Of a stretch of DNA of 64,000 nt, positions 1-15,071 are shown in pieces. The notes below the pieces were generated by a model. The model did not search any database, had not been told where the DNA came from, and saw only the letters and a program-made list of their open reading frames with translations. The position numbers and the translations under genes were made by a program. The stretch comes from the human T2T-CHM13v2.0 reference genome, Homo sapiens. The stretch's first letter is position 1. Every line of letters begins with the position of its first letter. The stretch lies in assembly GCF_009914755.1 (NCBI RefSeq), contig NC_060925.1. One strand, 5' to 3'.

Positions 1-401
1 AATTGAATGGGGAATCAAAGGAGAATAAGTGGTGAAGAATTCTTAGCCAGTGTCCAATTTGAGTCTATTTCTCCAAGCCTCTGTAGATTTTTTTTTTTTA
101 ATCTTGTCTCTCTAACTAAGCCATCAGAAACCACAGTAATGCTGTAGGGATTTGGAGGGAAATTATGGAAAGTCTTTGACTGAACTTGTGGCTCTCTGTT
201 CTGGCTATCATAGATTTTTGGTTACTCATGGCCATGCCAGCCAGTACTTCAAGCACTATAGAGAACAAATGTGGGTGTCTTCCAAGCTGTGGATCCAAAA
301 CCTTAGACACATAAAGTAATTGGACAAGAAGTGTTTATTTCTCAGAATTTTGCTCCTGTATCTATTGTCCCTGTCCTGTGCACCTGAGAGTGGCAAAGTG
401 A

Positions 402-827
<426 letters not shown>

Positions 828-1094
828 TAGTATTAAAAGTTTAGGATTCACTGCTAGAAGAACATTTTATAGCTATGTAAATCTGACACCCCAAAATTCC
901 AGGCAGTATTATATGAATACTTTAAGAACTGCTGTTTAAAACTTTTGCAATTGCTGAAAACAACCATGGTTTCAGAAGGAGAATTTGTATTTTAGAGTCT
1001 AATTACATCACTTCTGTTACTCCTACAGTCTATCGGATTATGCCACAGTCACTATAGTCAGAATATTTGGTTTCATGTATTAAATCTTTACATA

Positions 1095-1228
1095 AGGCAT
1101 TGTGTTAAATGCTTTAATGTATTTCTTTATCTAACTTTCACAGCAACTATATGAAGTAAGCACTATTATTTTGTTAAAGAAGAAACTCATACTCAGAGGT
1201 TAGGTTACTTGCCAAGCTCACCTGGGTA
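1095..1228 (-). mobile_element. MIR fragment
   Basis: Degenerate MIR core: gaaactcatactcagaggttaggttacttgccaag. Confidence 0.6.
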
Positions 1229-1965
1229 ACTTATCATTTTATATTTCCCTCCTATATGTAACAGAAAATAATATGAAGGTGATACTATAAAAGATAAATG
1301 CAAAAACATGTTATTTTAAATTCAGACATTGCACTCTGATTTGGTCAAATCCTCTATAGGGATGACAAGGCTGTTTTGCCCTAATTCTAAAATGATACTC
1401 TTTTAAAAGTATTAGGAGTCTTAAACACATTGAATATCCATAAAATGTTAAATTAAAGGATAATATCTGCAAGAGTATGTTAGAATGATGGAGCAGAAAA
1501 ACATTGCAGCCAAAAGGCTACAGTGACATATTAAAACCAATGAAACCAAACACTTCGCTTCTGGAATGGATAACCAAGAAACTATAAAATCCTAGCATTT
1601 TAAAATCTGAAAATTCTTTAGTAACAAAAGACTAGGCATTCAAAGGTCTCCTTTAGCATCAGTGACTCTTTCCACCCTGAGTGTCTGTTCCCTCCCTGAG
1701 TGTTCTAGGTTAAGTGCATAATGACTTGGCAGTTGGAGTAATAAAGATGGATAACAAGGGTCAATATCAGGATGGACACAGAGGAAGAGGAAGGCTTTAA
1801 AAATTTGCTGATTAGTTTTGGCTCACAAACTTACCTCTTATGCTGAACTTGCCTGTGATTTTCTCACATCTACAATATCAGTTCAGCTATTAAGCACTTC
1901 AGGATTGCCAGGATTGTCATCTCTGAGACATGCCTAGGAATTTATCAGAAGAAGAAACTAGAAGA

Positions 1966-1967
<2 letters not shown>

Positions 1968-2010
<43 letters not shown>
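1968..2010. repeat. (GT)n microsatellite, about 21 units
   Basis: Pure gtgtgt run. Confidence 0.98.
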
Positions 2011-2011
<1 letters not shown>

Positions 2012-2497
2012 TCATTTTCAAGTTCTTATTATTCTTCCTTTACTCCACCCCCACCCCAACCCCAAATTGTCATTTTTGCTTTTTCTAAAATACTTTTTTA
2101 AAGATTTTTTTATTAAGTTTCTCAGGAGGAATATTCATTTCTTATTTCAATTATGGCATTTGTCATGTTTTTTAATGTAATACATTTCAATGCTTCTTTC
2201 TATAAAAATTTAGAAAGGTAAGATCTAAAATATCTTTTGAAAATCATAAATTGTTTTTCTGTCAACCATATGGCCAAATCATCATTTGTGCTTTAAAATA
2301 ACTGGATCAAATTCCTACTGGGATTTTACTTGGTAATATAAGTCAGTCTATTATAAAAACTTTTCAGAAGATCAGAGTAAACCAATGTCATTTAAAATAA
2401 GTACAACTTATTTAAAAGATATTTAAAAGTACAACTTAAGAAAAACCACCTCAACCTATATATCTAGAAATTTAAATAAATACATTTTATTATTTTA

Positions 2498-2962
<465 letters not shown>

Positions 2963-3419
2963 TTAACTGAGAATAGGCATTGTGCTGTTGAGGTCCCTTA
3001 TGTCAAAAGGTTGGGGTGAATGTAGCTTATTTAAATAGAAATAGAAGAAAGTCTGAAATAGATGAGAGAGAGAGATGAGGATTTAAATATTGGAAAAAAA
3101 TAGATGGCAGAAAGTAGAGTAGATCATGAGGCTGTAAGCAAGCAAGTCAAGATGTGGAAGAAGCAGATATGAAAATCAACCAGGTAAATATTACATATAA
3201 GAGATGCGGAAATAGAATTGTTTCTTATTTCCGTTAACCTCAAAGTCAAGAATATCTGTTCTGGTTTAGAGTAAAATTGAAATTGAAAAATGATTCTAAA
3301 ACCTGAGTGATTGTCAATGCTGTAACTAAATTCTCCTTTTGTACAGAAGCAAATATATCAAGTAGAATTGTTTTTTGCCTTAGGCTTTGTATTTTTTCCC
3401 TCCCAAAGAAATGCATGTT

Positions 3420-6021
3420 GTTAACAGTGAAGAACCCCCAGGAGTTATGTCTTTACTTCATTGGTCCATAAGCAAATGAGAACAATCTTCTCCATCACTG
3501 GGAGTAATACCAGTCTCAATCATCACTTCTCTTTCCTGGTTCTCTTTCCCAAGCCTCATAAGCAAATGAGAACAATCTTCTCCATCACTGGGAGTAATTA
3601 ATACCAGTCTCAATCATCACTTCTCTTTCCTGGTTCTCTTTCCCAAGCCTCATTTTTCTCCTCCGAGAGTAGCAAAGTTTTCACTGATCAGAGTTAATGT
3701 TGTTTCTGGTAGACTAGGCAGTCCCTAAAACTCAGAAACAAATTGGAGTTCCTTTCAGAGAGTCATTCTCAATTCCAAACAGCTTTCTAAATGCTAGGAA
3801 AAGGGATCTTTTGAGTCATTAGATAGATGGAGATTCTCTGTTTCCCTCATCTTGTTCCCCTACCCTCCTTTTGGTGGTGTCACTTAGAACTTTGTGTCAA
3901 GCAGTATAAAGGCTGCATTGGTTTCTGTGGTAACAGCATATTATGCTGAGGCTGCTGAGGAAAAGTAGCTTCAAGAGACAGCAGCCAAATGCATTCACTG
4001 TCAGTAAGCTCTGCCCAGAAACAAGAAATGAGTTCAGTGAAAGGCCAGATTGATTAAATCATATAATTATAATTTTTAATTTAAAAAATGTTTGGCACAA
4101 TCTGTAGCCCCTGGAGAGACATTTCTTAAACAGAAATTATGCAGTTTTTCTCTTGACCAAAAGCCATTTTTTTCAGGACATAAAAAAGTGGAAAAGTAGG
4201 AAGATATCAAATGTGTCCAAATAAAAAGAGCCTTCATCTCCAGTGAGACTTTGAAAATTACCTCTAGATCTACGGAAATGCAACCATACTTTCCTTGGAG
4301 TTTTGGTATCTACTAGAAATAACCTAGAACTGAATTATTTGTGTGACTAATAAGTACCTACTCTTTAATTTCACCTCTGGTTGAAAAGGAACTTTTAAAT
4401 AGTAGTTACAATCATGCCGGTCACCTGAGAGGCAGTCAACCACTGTCACACAAACATCCTCCAAGTTAGGACAGGTTAGGAGAAGGAGAGGTAGGTAGAT
4501 GAAAATTATACCTTATAGAACTTTTGATTAGTGGTCATTTACTGACAACATTGTCAGGCACCTACCAAACACCAATAGGAGGCTTTTGAGATTTCTGATG
4601 CTTATATTTAGTGATATATTAGTGATATATTAAGACACCCCTTTACTTTCCCTGCCTATCAAATCTATGCCTGTATCCCTACTAAACTTGTTTTGGTATG
4701 GTCTTTATGGCAGTAACATTAGTTATTGCTCTGGAACAGAATAAAAATGCACTGTTGAGGTTGTAAAAATTGTATTGTGCAGAACAATCCAAAGAACAAT
4801 TATATGAATATCTGCAGGCTCAAATCAAGTTGCACTCCTTTTACGTAACTTTGCCAGTAATCTTATTCAGGTGAATTCCATATACTCTTTTAAAACATAT
4901 GCTAATTTATATATTATCATATTATTTTTTTCCAGAAAATCAATAGAGCCATGCCTTTTGCTATACTTGGGAAAATAAGACTAAATACGTCCAATTACAG
5001 TTACTGTCCCCCTAACTGCAAATTATTGATATAAGATAGAGATGGTATATACATATGTAGACTTGCTTGTTAAGAATTATCAGCCAATGCCAAATAAACC
5101 AAAGTACATGACCTGGAGGAAATCAAAAATTCCATGGAAATAAGACCTTTCAGAGGCAGCTCCATGACTTAGTAATAGAAGCTGAATCAGGAAAAAGGGT
5201 TTGAAAAAATCAATGAAATAATTTATTTAATGATCCATTTCAAATATGTATTTTGTTAATCTGAAGAGCTAGGATAATATATTTCTAATTGATTGATTTT
5301 AGTATTATTTAATTCATAGGTGTTTTTAAAGCTTACTCTATTTCTATTGTTATTAGATTTGTTCTCAGAAATAATGGGGATAGGAGGTTGTGAAAATGTG
5401 AATGGAAAAAAAATCTCTAACCTAAAGCAAAAATGACAGCTGAATAAAATATTGTTTAATTTACAGTCACTTTTGTATTGGATTTTTCTTAAGACAACAT
5501 TATTCTTTAACTCACAAAGCATACCTTTATTTCCTAATACCAGTACAACAATACAACTGTCTGCAGTATTGAAGGACATCACTGTCACAAAATCGGGGAT
5601 TGTCCTCATCCAGTCTCACTCTAAATTATTTCCTTAATAAAAGTGTAAAGCCAAAAATGTCTGTCAAAAAGCTATCAAGTCAGAGGTAGAAAATAAATTT
5701 GCCACAGATTAAGCAATAGGAAAACGGGCAGATTAAAGTACTTACTCCATCAATATTTGACATAGATGTTCCTTAAAACAAATGACTGTTCTTCAGAAAA
5801 TTGAGATAACTCAATAGCATTTATATTGTCTTTGTTTGGGGAGAAATCTAAAAGCAAAAATGCAGAATTAATCCAATGCCATAAAAATGTTCCGGGTTGA
5901 ATATGTGATGAGAAGTGATGATTGAGACTGGTATTACTCCCAGTGATGGAGAAGATTGTTCTCATTTGCTTATGGACCAATGAAGTAAAGACATAACTCC
6001 TGGGGGTTCTTCACTGTTAAC
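3420..6021. repeat. Perfect 112-bp inverted repeat pair (3420-3531 / 5910-6021)
   Basis: Checked block by block: the reverse complement of 5910-6021 equals 3420-3531 with no mismatch. Confidence 0.97.
3467..3650. repeat. Tandem duplication: 90-bp unit (3467-3556) plus 94-bp unit (3557-3650)
   Basis: The copies are identical except for a 4-bp taat insertion; 3-bp CAT microhomology at the ends. Confidence 0.97.
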
Positions 6022-7131
6022 TTGAAGTTCTACATAACATGACAGCTGGCAGAGATCAAGGATAGTTGCCAGATAGAGATGTCAAAATGATAAGATTCCA
6101 TTTCTTGCCACTTGATCTTTGTCTGACTTACTCTACTAGCTGTAGGTTCTTAGAAATCTTAAGGGTGAAATAAATTGTTGTCAAACTTTTATCGTTACTC
6201 TTAACATCTTCCATTTTGGGAATATATGTCAGCATCATCACAAAACAAACCATAGGTTGAAAAGTGTAGACTCATCCTCAGTTTCATCATTCTGCTATTA
6301 AGGATACTCCATCGTTTTTTAATTTTGGCTAATAATTTCCTAAATCCATAGCTATGTTTTGTTGGTTGACATTTAATCATAGGAGAATGTACTTATAGAG
6401 ATTCAATATGCCAGAGATGACTGCCTTTGTATATCAGCCAGCTGCTATGCTAAGACACTTACACTGAAGTGAAAGGTTCTACCACCTCACTTTTTATGTG
6501 TCATTGGAGACACTGAAGTATATTACCAGTATCTGACTCCAAAAAATTCAAGGTCAGCAAATATTTTGAATGCCCTCTAAAATTACTGCAGTGTGCCACC
6601 AGAATGAAATGTCACCAAAACCCCAGGACAGGAGAAGGAACATCTTCCTGCCCCCTTTATTTTTAGCTGCAGAGCTTCCTTCCATATATTTGTGCAAGTT
6701 TGTCTTCTGACACTGAAATGGGAGAACATAGATTTTGGCATCAAGCTGGCCTAAATACAAATAAAACAGGATGAAAAGGTTCAGCTTAATAGGTTGTTAT
6801 AATCAGAAAAAGAATATCTACAGTACATACAGTAGGCACTGTACTAAGATGCTTACCTTGCAAAACACTCTCATATCATCTTCACAACTTTATGGGACCA
6901 GGAGTTAGAGGTATGAAATTGAGCGATACAGGATTGGAATCCAGTGTTGTCTGGGTATACAGCCTACTCTACCCACTAATTATTCCCCTCATATATTTTA
7001 TCACACACACCCCTCCCAACAAAAAAAATCAGAAAACATTATAGCATAGCCCATTGCACTGTTAAATAACCTCAACACCAGGAATATATTTGATATATAT
7101 ATAGCTAGTACTTTTTGGCACTGCTTGGTAT

Positions 7132-7132
7132 T

Positions 7133-7163
<31 letters not shown>
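7132..7163. repeat. (TTG)n microsatellite, about 10 units
   Basis: ttgttgttg run. Confidence 0.95.
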
Positions 7164-7164
<1 letters not shown>

Positions 7165-7804
7165 ACATTTTCAAAAGAGAGAAACTCATGCACTAGTCAC
7201 ATTTTTTAAAGAATTTTTGAGTCCTCTTCAATTTGTTTTTATTGGTCTATGCAAATCAAAATTTTTAGAGATTTTGAAATGCATCTGTTTTCCAAACCTT
7301 CATGTTCTTTAATATGAAACATTTACAAGTTCTTTAGTGACCTTTGTGAATCTCAGAACAAAAAGAATTAGGAGCACTAAGCACAACTTAAACTTTAAAA
7401 GTTCTCTTAAGCACTAGAGGCCTTTTCTTCATATTGAATTTAGTTCATTTTGTTAATTTTGTTTCTCAATAACATAGTACATCAAACTTCTTGAGTATAT
7501 TCTCTGCAATTTCTGTTAACCCTTCTTGGTTGATGCTGTCACCGTTTTCCACAAAATAACCTGAGTCCTGTCACCAAAACTACCTGTGAAAATGATACAA
7601 CTGCACTGAATATTGACACGTCCAGCAAAATGATAATTACACTAATACAGGGTACCTTGCATAGGTGATACACTAAACTATGTAGTAAACTGTAATACGA
7701 AAAAAACTCAGCTTTTCTTTTAGTTCTTACTAAGATCTTGTCTTTTGTTTCCTTTTAAGCAAAAGTTCAGGAGAAATGTTCACCTTAACTTTGTCTTTAT
7801 TGGC

Positions 7805-7960
7805 CCTTGAGCATATTAAACTTTGCTTCTCAGTTTTCCCATCTAAGAGGAAAGGATGATGATGCTTATCTTATAGAGTGGCTTTGAAAATTAACCATGA
7901 TTATGATGTAAAATACTTATCACAGTGCCTGTTATGTAAGTGTTTAATTAATGGTAGCTA
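7805..7960 (+). mobile_element. MIR
   Basis: ctcagttttcccatct...cacagtgcctg...aatggtagcta resembles the MIR core and 3' part. Confidence 0.65.
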
Positions 7961-10900
7961 TCATAATATTTATTATTTTGGATAAAAATCTATGTGAATT
8001 ATGGATAAGCTAACTTTCATTTAGCTTTGTTCCTAACAATAGGTTGTTAATGAGACCAAAGTCATGAGTTAGCATCTCTTTGAATTAGTTATCCATGAAT
8101 ACAGACTCCTCTCTTTACCTAGATGGTTGTATTAAAAACATATACAATGATGGGGATGGAAATATCTAGGGGTGAAAAAACAAAGATGAATCACAGCAAC
8201 CTAAAATATTAGTCATGTTAATAGTGCAGAGTAAGTAGTATCATCTTGACTTATGGCAGAATGTATTTAGTCCGTTATTGTATATTCTGTCCCCATCCAT
8301 AAAAGAGGCCACATCTCAACATCTGAAACAAAATGCATAATTTACTGCTTGCATACAAATAACTTGCAAGGTACAACCACTCTGAGCTAAATAGGATTTG
8401 AAGAAGCAAGGAGTTGAGTGACTGGTGGATGTTCAGAAGTTAGAATATTTAGGAGTTAGTTGGCAAAACTTTCATTGGGAGAAGCATGGTTACTTGACTC
8501 AGACTGTTGCTGACTGGTTGACCTTCAAGTGCAGTTTCTAAAGCAAGTTGTTACTGATTGATTACAACAGGTTTAAAATCATTTTTTTCCAGTGGTTATT
8601 TATTGCTATGGCCAGACAGTTAGACCTTCACTCTGCAGATAGGAACTTTTGTTCTCATTGCCATTAGAGTGCTATATCTCCAGCAATACACTCAGTGTAT
8701 TGCATTATCTTCTTTAATCTTCACCACTTTCTCTTAAGCACTAATTATTATATCTGCATTTTCATCTGATAAGCAGAAATCTTAGGTACCTTGCATAAGA
8801 TTGCATAACTAAAAAGTGACAAAGCAAGGAATAAAACTCAGGTTCATTTGACTCCAAAGACTATGTTATCTGTACTGCATGTATAATTATTTTTTAATTA
8901 ACTCCTGGCATTTCTATAACCCCCTTCATTTATTTAATTTTGCCATTTCAAGAATGCTATGTAAATAGGGTCTGTATGTATGTAACCTTTTGGGATTGGC
9001 TTTTCCAGCATACTTCTCTGGAGATTCATTCAGGTGTTGTATGTGTCAATAGTTCTTTCCTTTTTATTGCTGCATAGTATTCCATAGTATGGATATATCA
9101 CAGTTCGTTTATCATTTACCTATGGAAGGATATCTGGGTTATTTTCCATCTATGGCTACTATGAAGAAAATTGCTATAAACATCTGTGCGCACCTTTTTG
9201 TGTGAACCTAAGTCTTCATAAGTCTCTGGGATGAATGTCCAGGAATACAACTGCTGGATCATATGGTACTTGCATGTTCAATTTGTAAAGAAACTACCAA
9301 ACATTTTTCCAGAGTGGCTCTACCATTTGACATTGCCAGCAGCAATATGTGAGTAATTTAGTTTTTCTTCATCATCTCCTGCATTTGGTGTTGGCACTGT
9401 GTTTTGTCTTAGTCATTCTGTTAGGTGTGTAGTGATATATACACTTACTGAAAATTAACTCAGATTATGAGGTGAATTATGCAAATATTGTGGTTTTAAT
9501 TTCAATTTCCATAATGACTAATAACGTTGAACATCTTTTTATGTACTTATTTGCCTCCATCTGTATATCCTCTTTGGTAAAATGTCTCTTCGCATCTTTT
9601 GCCCATGTTCTAAATGGATTGTTTAGCTTTTTACCATTGAGCTTGAGAGTTGAGAGTTCTTTATATATTCTAGGTACTATCCTCTATCAGATACATGATT
9701 TACAAACATTTTCTCCAACTCTGTAGCTTGACTTTTTTTTCATTCTTTTAGCATTTAACATTTAAGTCTGTGATCTATTTTGAGTTAATTTTGATATAAG
9801 ATTTGAGACATAAGTCAAAGTTCATTTATTGTGCTTGTGGATGTCAAACTGGGCCAGCACCATCTGTTGCAAAGATTCTTTCCTACATTAAATTGCATTT
9901 GCATCTTTGTCTCAAATCATTTGGACATATTTTTGTCAATCTATTTATCAGTTCTCTGCTCTATTTCATTAGTCTATGTGTCTATCCCTCTGCAAATACA
10001 GTAACACATGGTCTTTCTTGATTACAACTCTAATAAACTTCAAATCAGATAGACTGATTCCTCTCACTCTATACTTCTTTTCCAAACTTGTTTTAGCTAT
10101 TCTAGATTCATTGTCTTTCTGAATTTTAGGATAATCATATGTATTTAGAGATAAATCTTGCTAGAATTTTGATAAGAATTAAACTGGTATATCAATTTGG
10201 AGAGGATCTTTACTTTTTAAGTCTTTCATTCCATAAGTATAGTCTGTCTCTCCACTTATTTAAATCTTCTTGGATATCTTCATCAGCATGTAAGTATAGT
10301 TTTCAGCTTATAAGTTTTATACAAGCTTTGCTTAATTTGTACCTAAGTATTGCATTTTTTGAATGATTATACATGGTATTGCATTTTAAATTTTGGTGTC
10401 CATGTGTTCATTGCTAGCATACATAAATACACTTGATTTGTGTATGTTTATCTTGTATCCCATGACCTTGCTAAACTCACTCATTAGTTTTAGATTTTTT
10501 GGTTGTTGATTCTTTTGAATTTTCTATCTAGACAGTGTCATCGTAAATAAGAACAGCTTCTTTTTTCTTTTCAATCTTCATGCATTTTACTTCCTTTTCT
10601 TCCATTATTTCACTGACTACAACTTTCAGCACTATGCTGAATAAGAGTAGTGAGAGTGTACATTTACGTCTGCTCCTGATCTTAGTGGTAAAGCATTTGG
10701 TTTTTTCCCATTAAGTATATTAGCTATACATTTTTGTAGATGTTCTTTATTGAGTAGAGGAAGTTTCCCTCTATTCCTATTTCTCTGAACACTTTCATCA
10801 TGAATGGATGTTGAATTTTGTCAAATACTTCTTCTGCTTCCATTGATATGATCACGATTTTTCTTCTGTAGCCCATTCATATGGTGCATTACACTGATTG

Positions 10901-11208
10901 ATTTTCAAATATTGAACAAGCTTTGTATCACTAGAATAAACATCTCTTGGTCATGGTATATCATTCTTTTTATATATTGCTAAATTTTCATTGCCAATAT
11001 TTTATTAAGGATTTGTGCATCTATATTCATGATGGATATTGGTTTATAGTGGTTTTTTTCTTCCCTACTTCCTTCCTCTGTTTCTTTCTTCCTTTATTTG
11101 TTTGTTTTGTTTTTTTATTTTTTTGGTATCAGGGTAATATTCGTTTCATAAAATAAAGAAGTATTCTCTCTTCTGTTTTCTGAAAGCGATTGTGTAGAAT
11201 TGGTATGA

Positions 11209-11426
11209 ATTTTTCTTTTTTCTTTTTTTGAAACAGTCTCATTCTGTTGCCTAGGCAGGATTGCAGTAGTACAATCATAGCTCACTGTACCCTTGAACTC
11301 CTGGGCTCAATGATCCTCCTACCTCACCCTCTCGAGTAGCTAAGACTGCAGGTGTGCACCACCACAGTGGCTAATATTTTATTTTAAAATTTTAGAGATG
11401 GAGTCTTACTGTTTTGCCCAAGTTGG
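11209..11426 (-). mobile_element. 5'-truncated AluJ
   Basis: T-rich tail, atcatagctcactg, right arm plus part of the left arm. Confidence 0.85.
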
Positions 11427-11617
11427 AGAATTCTTATTTAAATATTCGGTAGAAATGTCCAGTGAAACCATCTGGGCCTGGATATTTTTTTCCTGGGAGC
11501 TTTAAATTACAGGTTTTATTTCTTGATAGTTGTAGGGCTGTTCAAGTTATCTATATTTTATATTGGATGAGTTGTGGTAGTTTGCTTTAGTTTTCAGAAG
11601 TTTAATTATAGTGTGTC

Positions 11618-12001
11618 TGTATTAGTGCATTCTCACACTGCTATGAAGAAATACCCAACACTGGGTAATTTATAAAGGAAGGAGATTTAATTGACTCAGT
11701 TCCACATTGCTAGGGAGGCCTCAGGAAACTTACAATCATGGCGGAAGGCAAAGGAGAAGCAGACACCTTCTTCAAAGGGTGGCAGGACAGAGTGAGTGCA
11801 AGCAGGGGAAATGCCAGATGCTTATAAACCCATCAGATCTCATGATATCCACTCACTATCATGAGAACAGCGTAGGAGAAACTGCCCCCATGATCCAATT
11901 ACCTCCACCTGGTCCCGCCCTTGACATGTGGGGATTATATGGATTATGAGGATTACAATTCAAGATGAGATTTTGGGTGGGGACACAGCCAAACTATATC
12001 A
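11618..12001 (-). mobile_element. ERVL-MaLR solo LTR (THE1D/MSTA-like)
   Basis: TG...CA termini (tgtattagt...ccaaactatatca), THE1-type internal text, 5-bp TSD gtgtc/gagtc with one mismatch. Confidence 0.9.
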
Positions 12002-12480
12002 GAGTCTATTCATAGATTTCCTTGGGTTTGTTCTATGTGGAACTCTTGCTTCTTGAATCTCCTTCTTGCTTGCTTCTTGAATTTCCTTCTTGCTTGCTTC
12101 TTGAATTCTTGCTTCTTGAATCTGTAAGTTTATTTCTCCTCACCAAATTTCAGAATTTTTAAGCCATTATTTTATCATGTAATTTTTCAGCCCCAACCCC
12201 TTTCTCTTCTCCTCATGATAACATGATTATTAGAACTTTTGTATAGTCCCACAGGTCCCTAAGACTCTGCTCATATTTTTGTCAATGTGTTTTCTCTCTG
12301 TTATTCAGATTGAATAATTTATATTGTCCTGTCTACCAGGTCACTGTTTCTTTCCTCTGTTTTCTACAGTCTGCTGTTAAACCTATTCACTGACTGAGTT
12401 TTTGATTTGTTATTGTATTTTTCAGCTCTAAAATCTCCATTTGTTTCTTCTTTATATCTTCTGTTTCTTTGCTGAGACTT

Positions 12481-12794
<314 letters not shown>

Positions 12795-14099
12795 TGAGAC
12801 TTTATATTTCTTTGCTGACGATTTCTAGTTTTTCATTTGTTTCAAGTGTGTGTGCGTAATTGATCATGGAAGCATTTTTAAGTGCTGCCTTAAAAGTATG
12901 ATAATTCTAACATCTTTGTCCTCTCAGTATGAGCATCTATTGATTGTCTTTTTTTATTTGGTTTGAGATCTTCCTGATTCTTGGTATGATGAGTGATTTT
13001 TTAATTAAAACTTGGGCACTTTTATATTATGTTATAAAACTCTGTATCTTACTTAAAGCTTCTGTTTTAGCTGCCTTTCTCTGACACCACTCCAGTTGGG
13101 GAAGGGTGGGGTGCTGCATTGTTATGGCCAGGTAAAGGTAGAAATCCAATTTTCCAATTCAGCTTCCAGTGACAGTTGAGGTAAAGGCTTCTCATCATTG
13201 CTAAGTGAGGATGGAAGTTTCATCTCCCCACATGGTCTCCACTTGGTGGGGGTAGCATCATTACCACTGGATGATGGGGAAAGTCTTGACTCTCTACTAG
13301 GCCTTCTCTGACACCACCTCGTTAGTAAGGTAAACGGTGCTTCATTACTGCTGGGTAGGACTGGAAGTCCAAGCTCCTTGTGTGGTCACCACTGACACCA
13401 CTGGAGAAGAGGGGCTTATTACTAGTTGATGGGAATGAATGCTGTGCACCTACTTGCCTTCTCTAACACCACTCTAGCAGAAGTGTTTGTATGCCTTGTG
13501 ACATCCTCACAAGGGTAGAAGTCTGGGCTCAACACTTGGCTTTTGCTGGCATTGTTTGGGGTGGGGCTACAGTTTTTTTTATGGTATTCAGCTGTAGTGG
13601 AGGAGTTATTGTCTAAAAGCATTCTGTCTTGTTAGACAGCATCTTTCCTATCCATTGGTTAGAGAGAGTAGGCTTTTGTTGAAGCATTGTTTATACCTAT
13701 TGGCATTTTCAGATTGTCTGCTTCTTCAGCTCCAAGTCTGTGATATATGACACAAAAATAAGCCCAGAGAACTTACCACCATGCTGTGACTTGTTCCCCA
13801 GGTCCCTAGCTAGTCTGCCTTCTCTTTATTATTCATAGTCTTCTTGCATTTATTTATGTGTAATGCCCAAGGTTTTTTAGTTGTACTTAATGGAAGAAAT
13901 AGGGCAAAATACATCTACCCCATCTACCTGGAAGCAGGTGTCCCACTGGCCTAATTTTTAACAACTAACCTGCATTAAAAAAAAAAGTTGGGGTGCCACA
14001 GAAAACATGATGTGAGTAGAAAGTAATAGGACTGGGTTTTTGTTGTTATTGTTGTTTTATAAAATTACTGATACTGACTTATTCATACAAGTGCTAATT

Positions 14100-14400
14100 C
14101 CTCAAAATCAGTAAGTAAGTTATCCTTTGGAGATGATTCTGCTTCCAGACATTTTAAGAACTCTTTTGGATTTAATTTTAGGGAATGAATTGTGTTCTTT
14201 TGAACATTCTCAGTGGCGTAAATTGTAATCTTTTAAGGCGGTGTTTGATTTTTGGAAGCAAGCCCAGGTGGTTCAAGAGCCAAGATGGGTAATAAAACAG
14301 ATGACCAAATTGAGTAACATAATATACTTCTTAGTCTAACACTCTTTTTTAAAAGACCAGTGTAAACCAAATCATTTTTACAGTGATAAAGCCATGTCTT
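14100..14400. mobile_element. Tc1/mariner DNA transposon remnant (MARNA-like); may extend to about 15000
   Basis: ttgaacattctcagtggc...tttgatttttggaagcaagcc...agagccaag resembles my recall of the MARNA consensus. Confidence 0.55.
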
Positions 14401-15070
14401 TTATATTATACAAAACCTCCCAAATACTTCCAACTGTCACATAATAAGCCTGATTTGCTGTGGGATGAATTTTGCGTGAACAGTGCCGTTTGCTATCAAA
14501 TCAACAATTCTTTTCTGTGGTTTTTGACATAAATATTTTCTTGAGTCTTATAGATATTAGAGTTTTCCCTGTAAACTTTGACAGTTTTTTAGGGGGTCAA
14601 CTTCAAAACAACATACTCCATCACTATTCTCCTCAAATACATGTTATTTTTTACAACCAACCTCCCCTTGAAAGTTCCAAACAAATGTCAAATTTTCTCT
14701 ATTTCTTTTTACTATTCAAAATGTGTAGCACAGGCTTTACAGAAACCTTCATGTTCAAATTCCCCTTCAGTATGAGTCAGTGTTCTCATAGCTAACCCTC
14801 TGCATGAATAAGTCTAGTCTCTTACATTTTCTACATTTTCATCAGTTCTTTGAACTTCATCATGAACATCCTCATTACTTTTCTCAAGCCTTTGTGTCAG
14901 TCAAAAACAACTTCCTCTTTACAGTCCTTCTGAACCATTATTGTCCCTCTAGATGTCTTGTCATTTATGTTTGTTTAACTTTATTTAAAAAATTGTGTAA
15001 TTCTTTGCTTTCTACAGCTGTCATTCCCCAACATCATTCATCACAGCCTATAGCCCAAGAGAGACAAAAA

Positions 15071-15071
<1 letters not shown>

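Noticed and set aside
5905-5990. Two GTGATGA (C-box-like) motifs suggesting a C/D snoRNA
   Set aside because: No properly placed CTGA D box or terminal stem; one motif sits at the duplication junction.
12044-12122. Four copies of cttgcttcttgaat
   Set aside because: Small slippage expansion inside the old L1 remnant; nothing suggests function.
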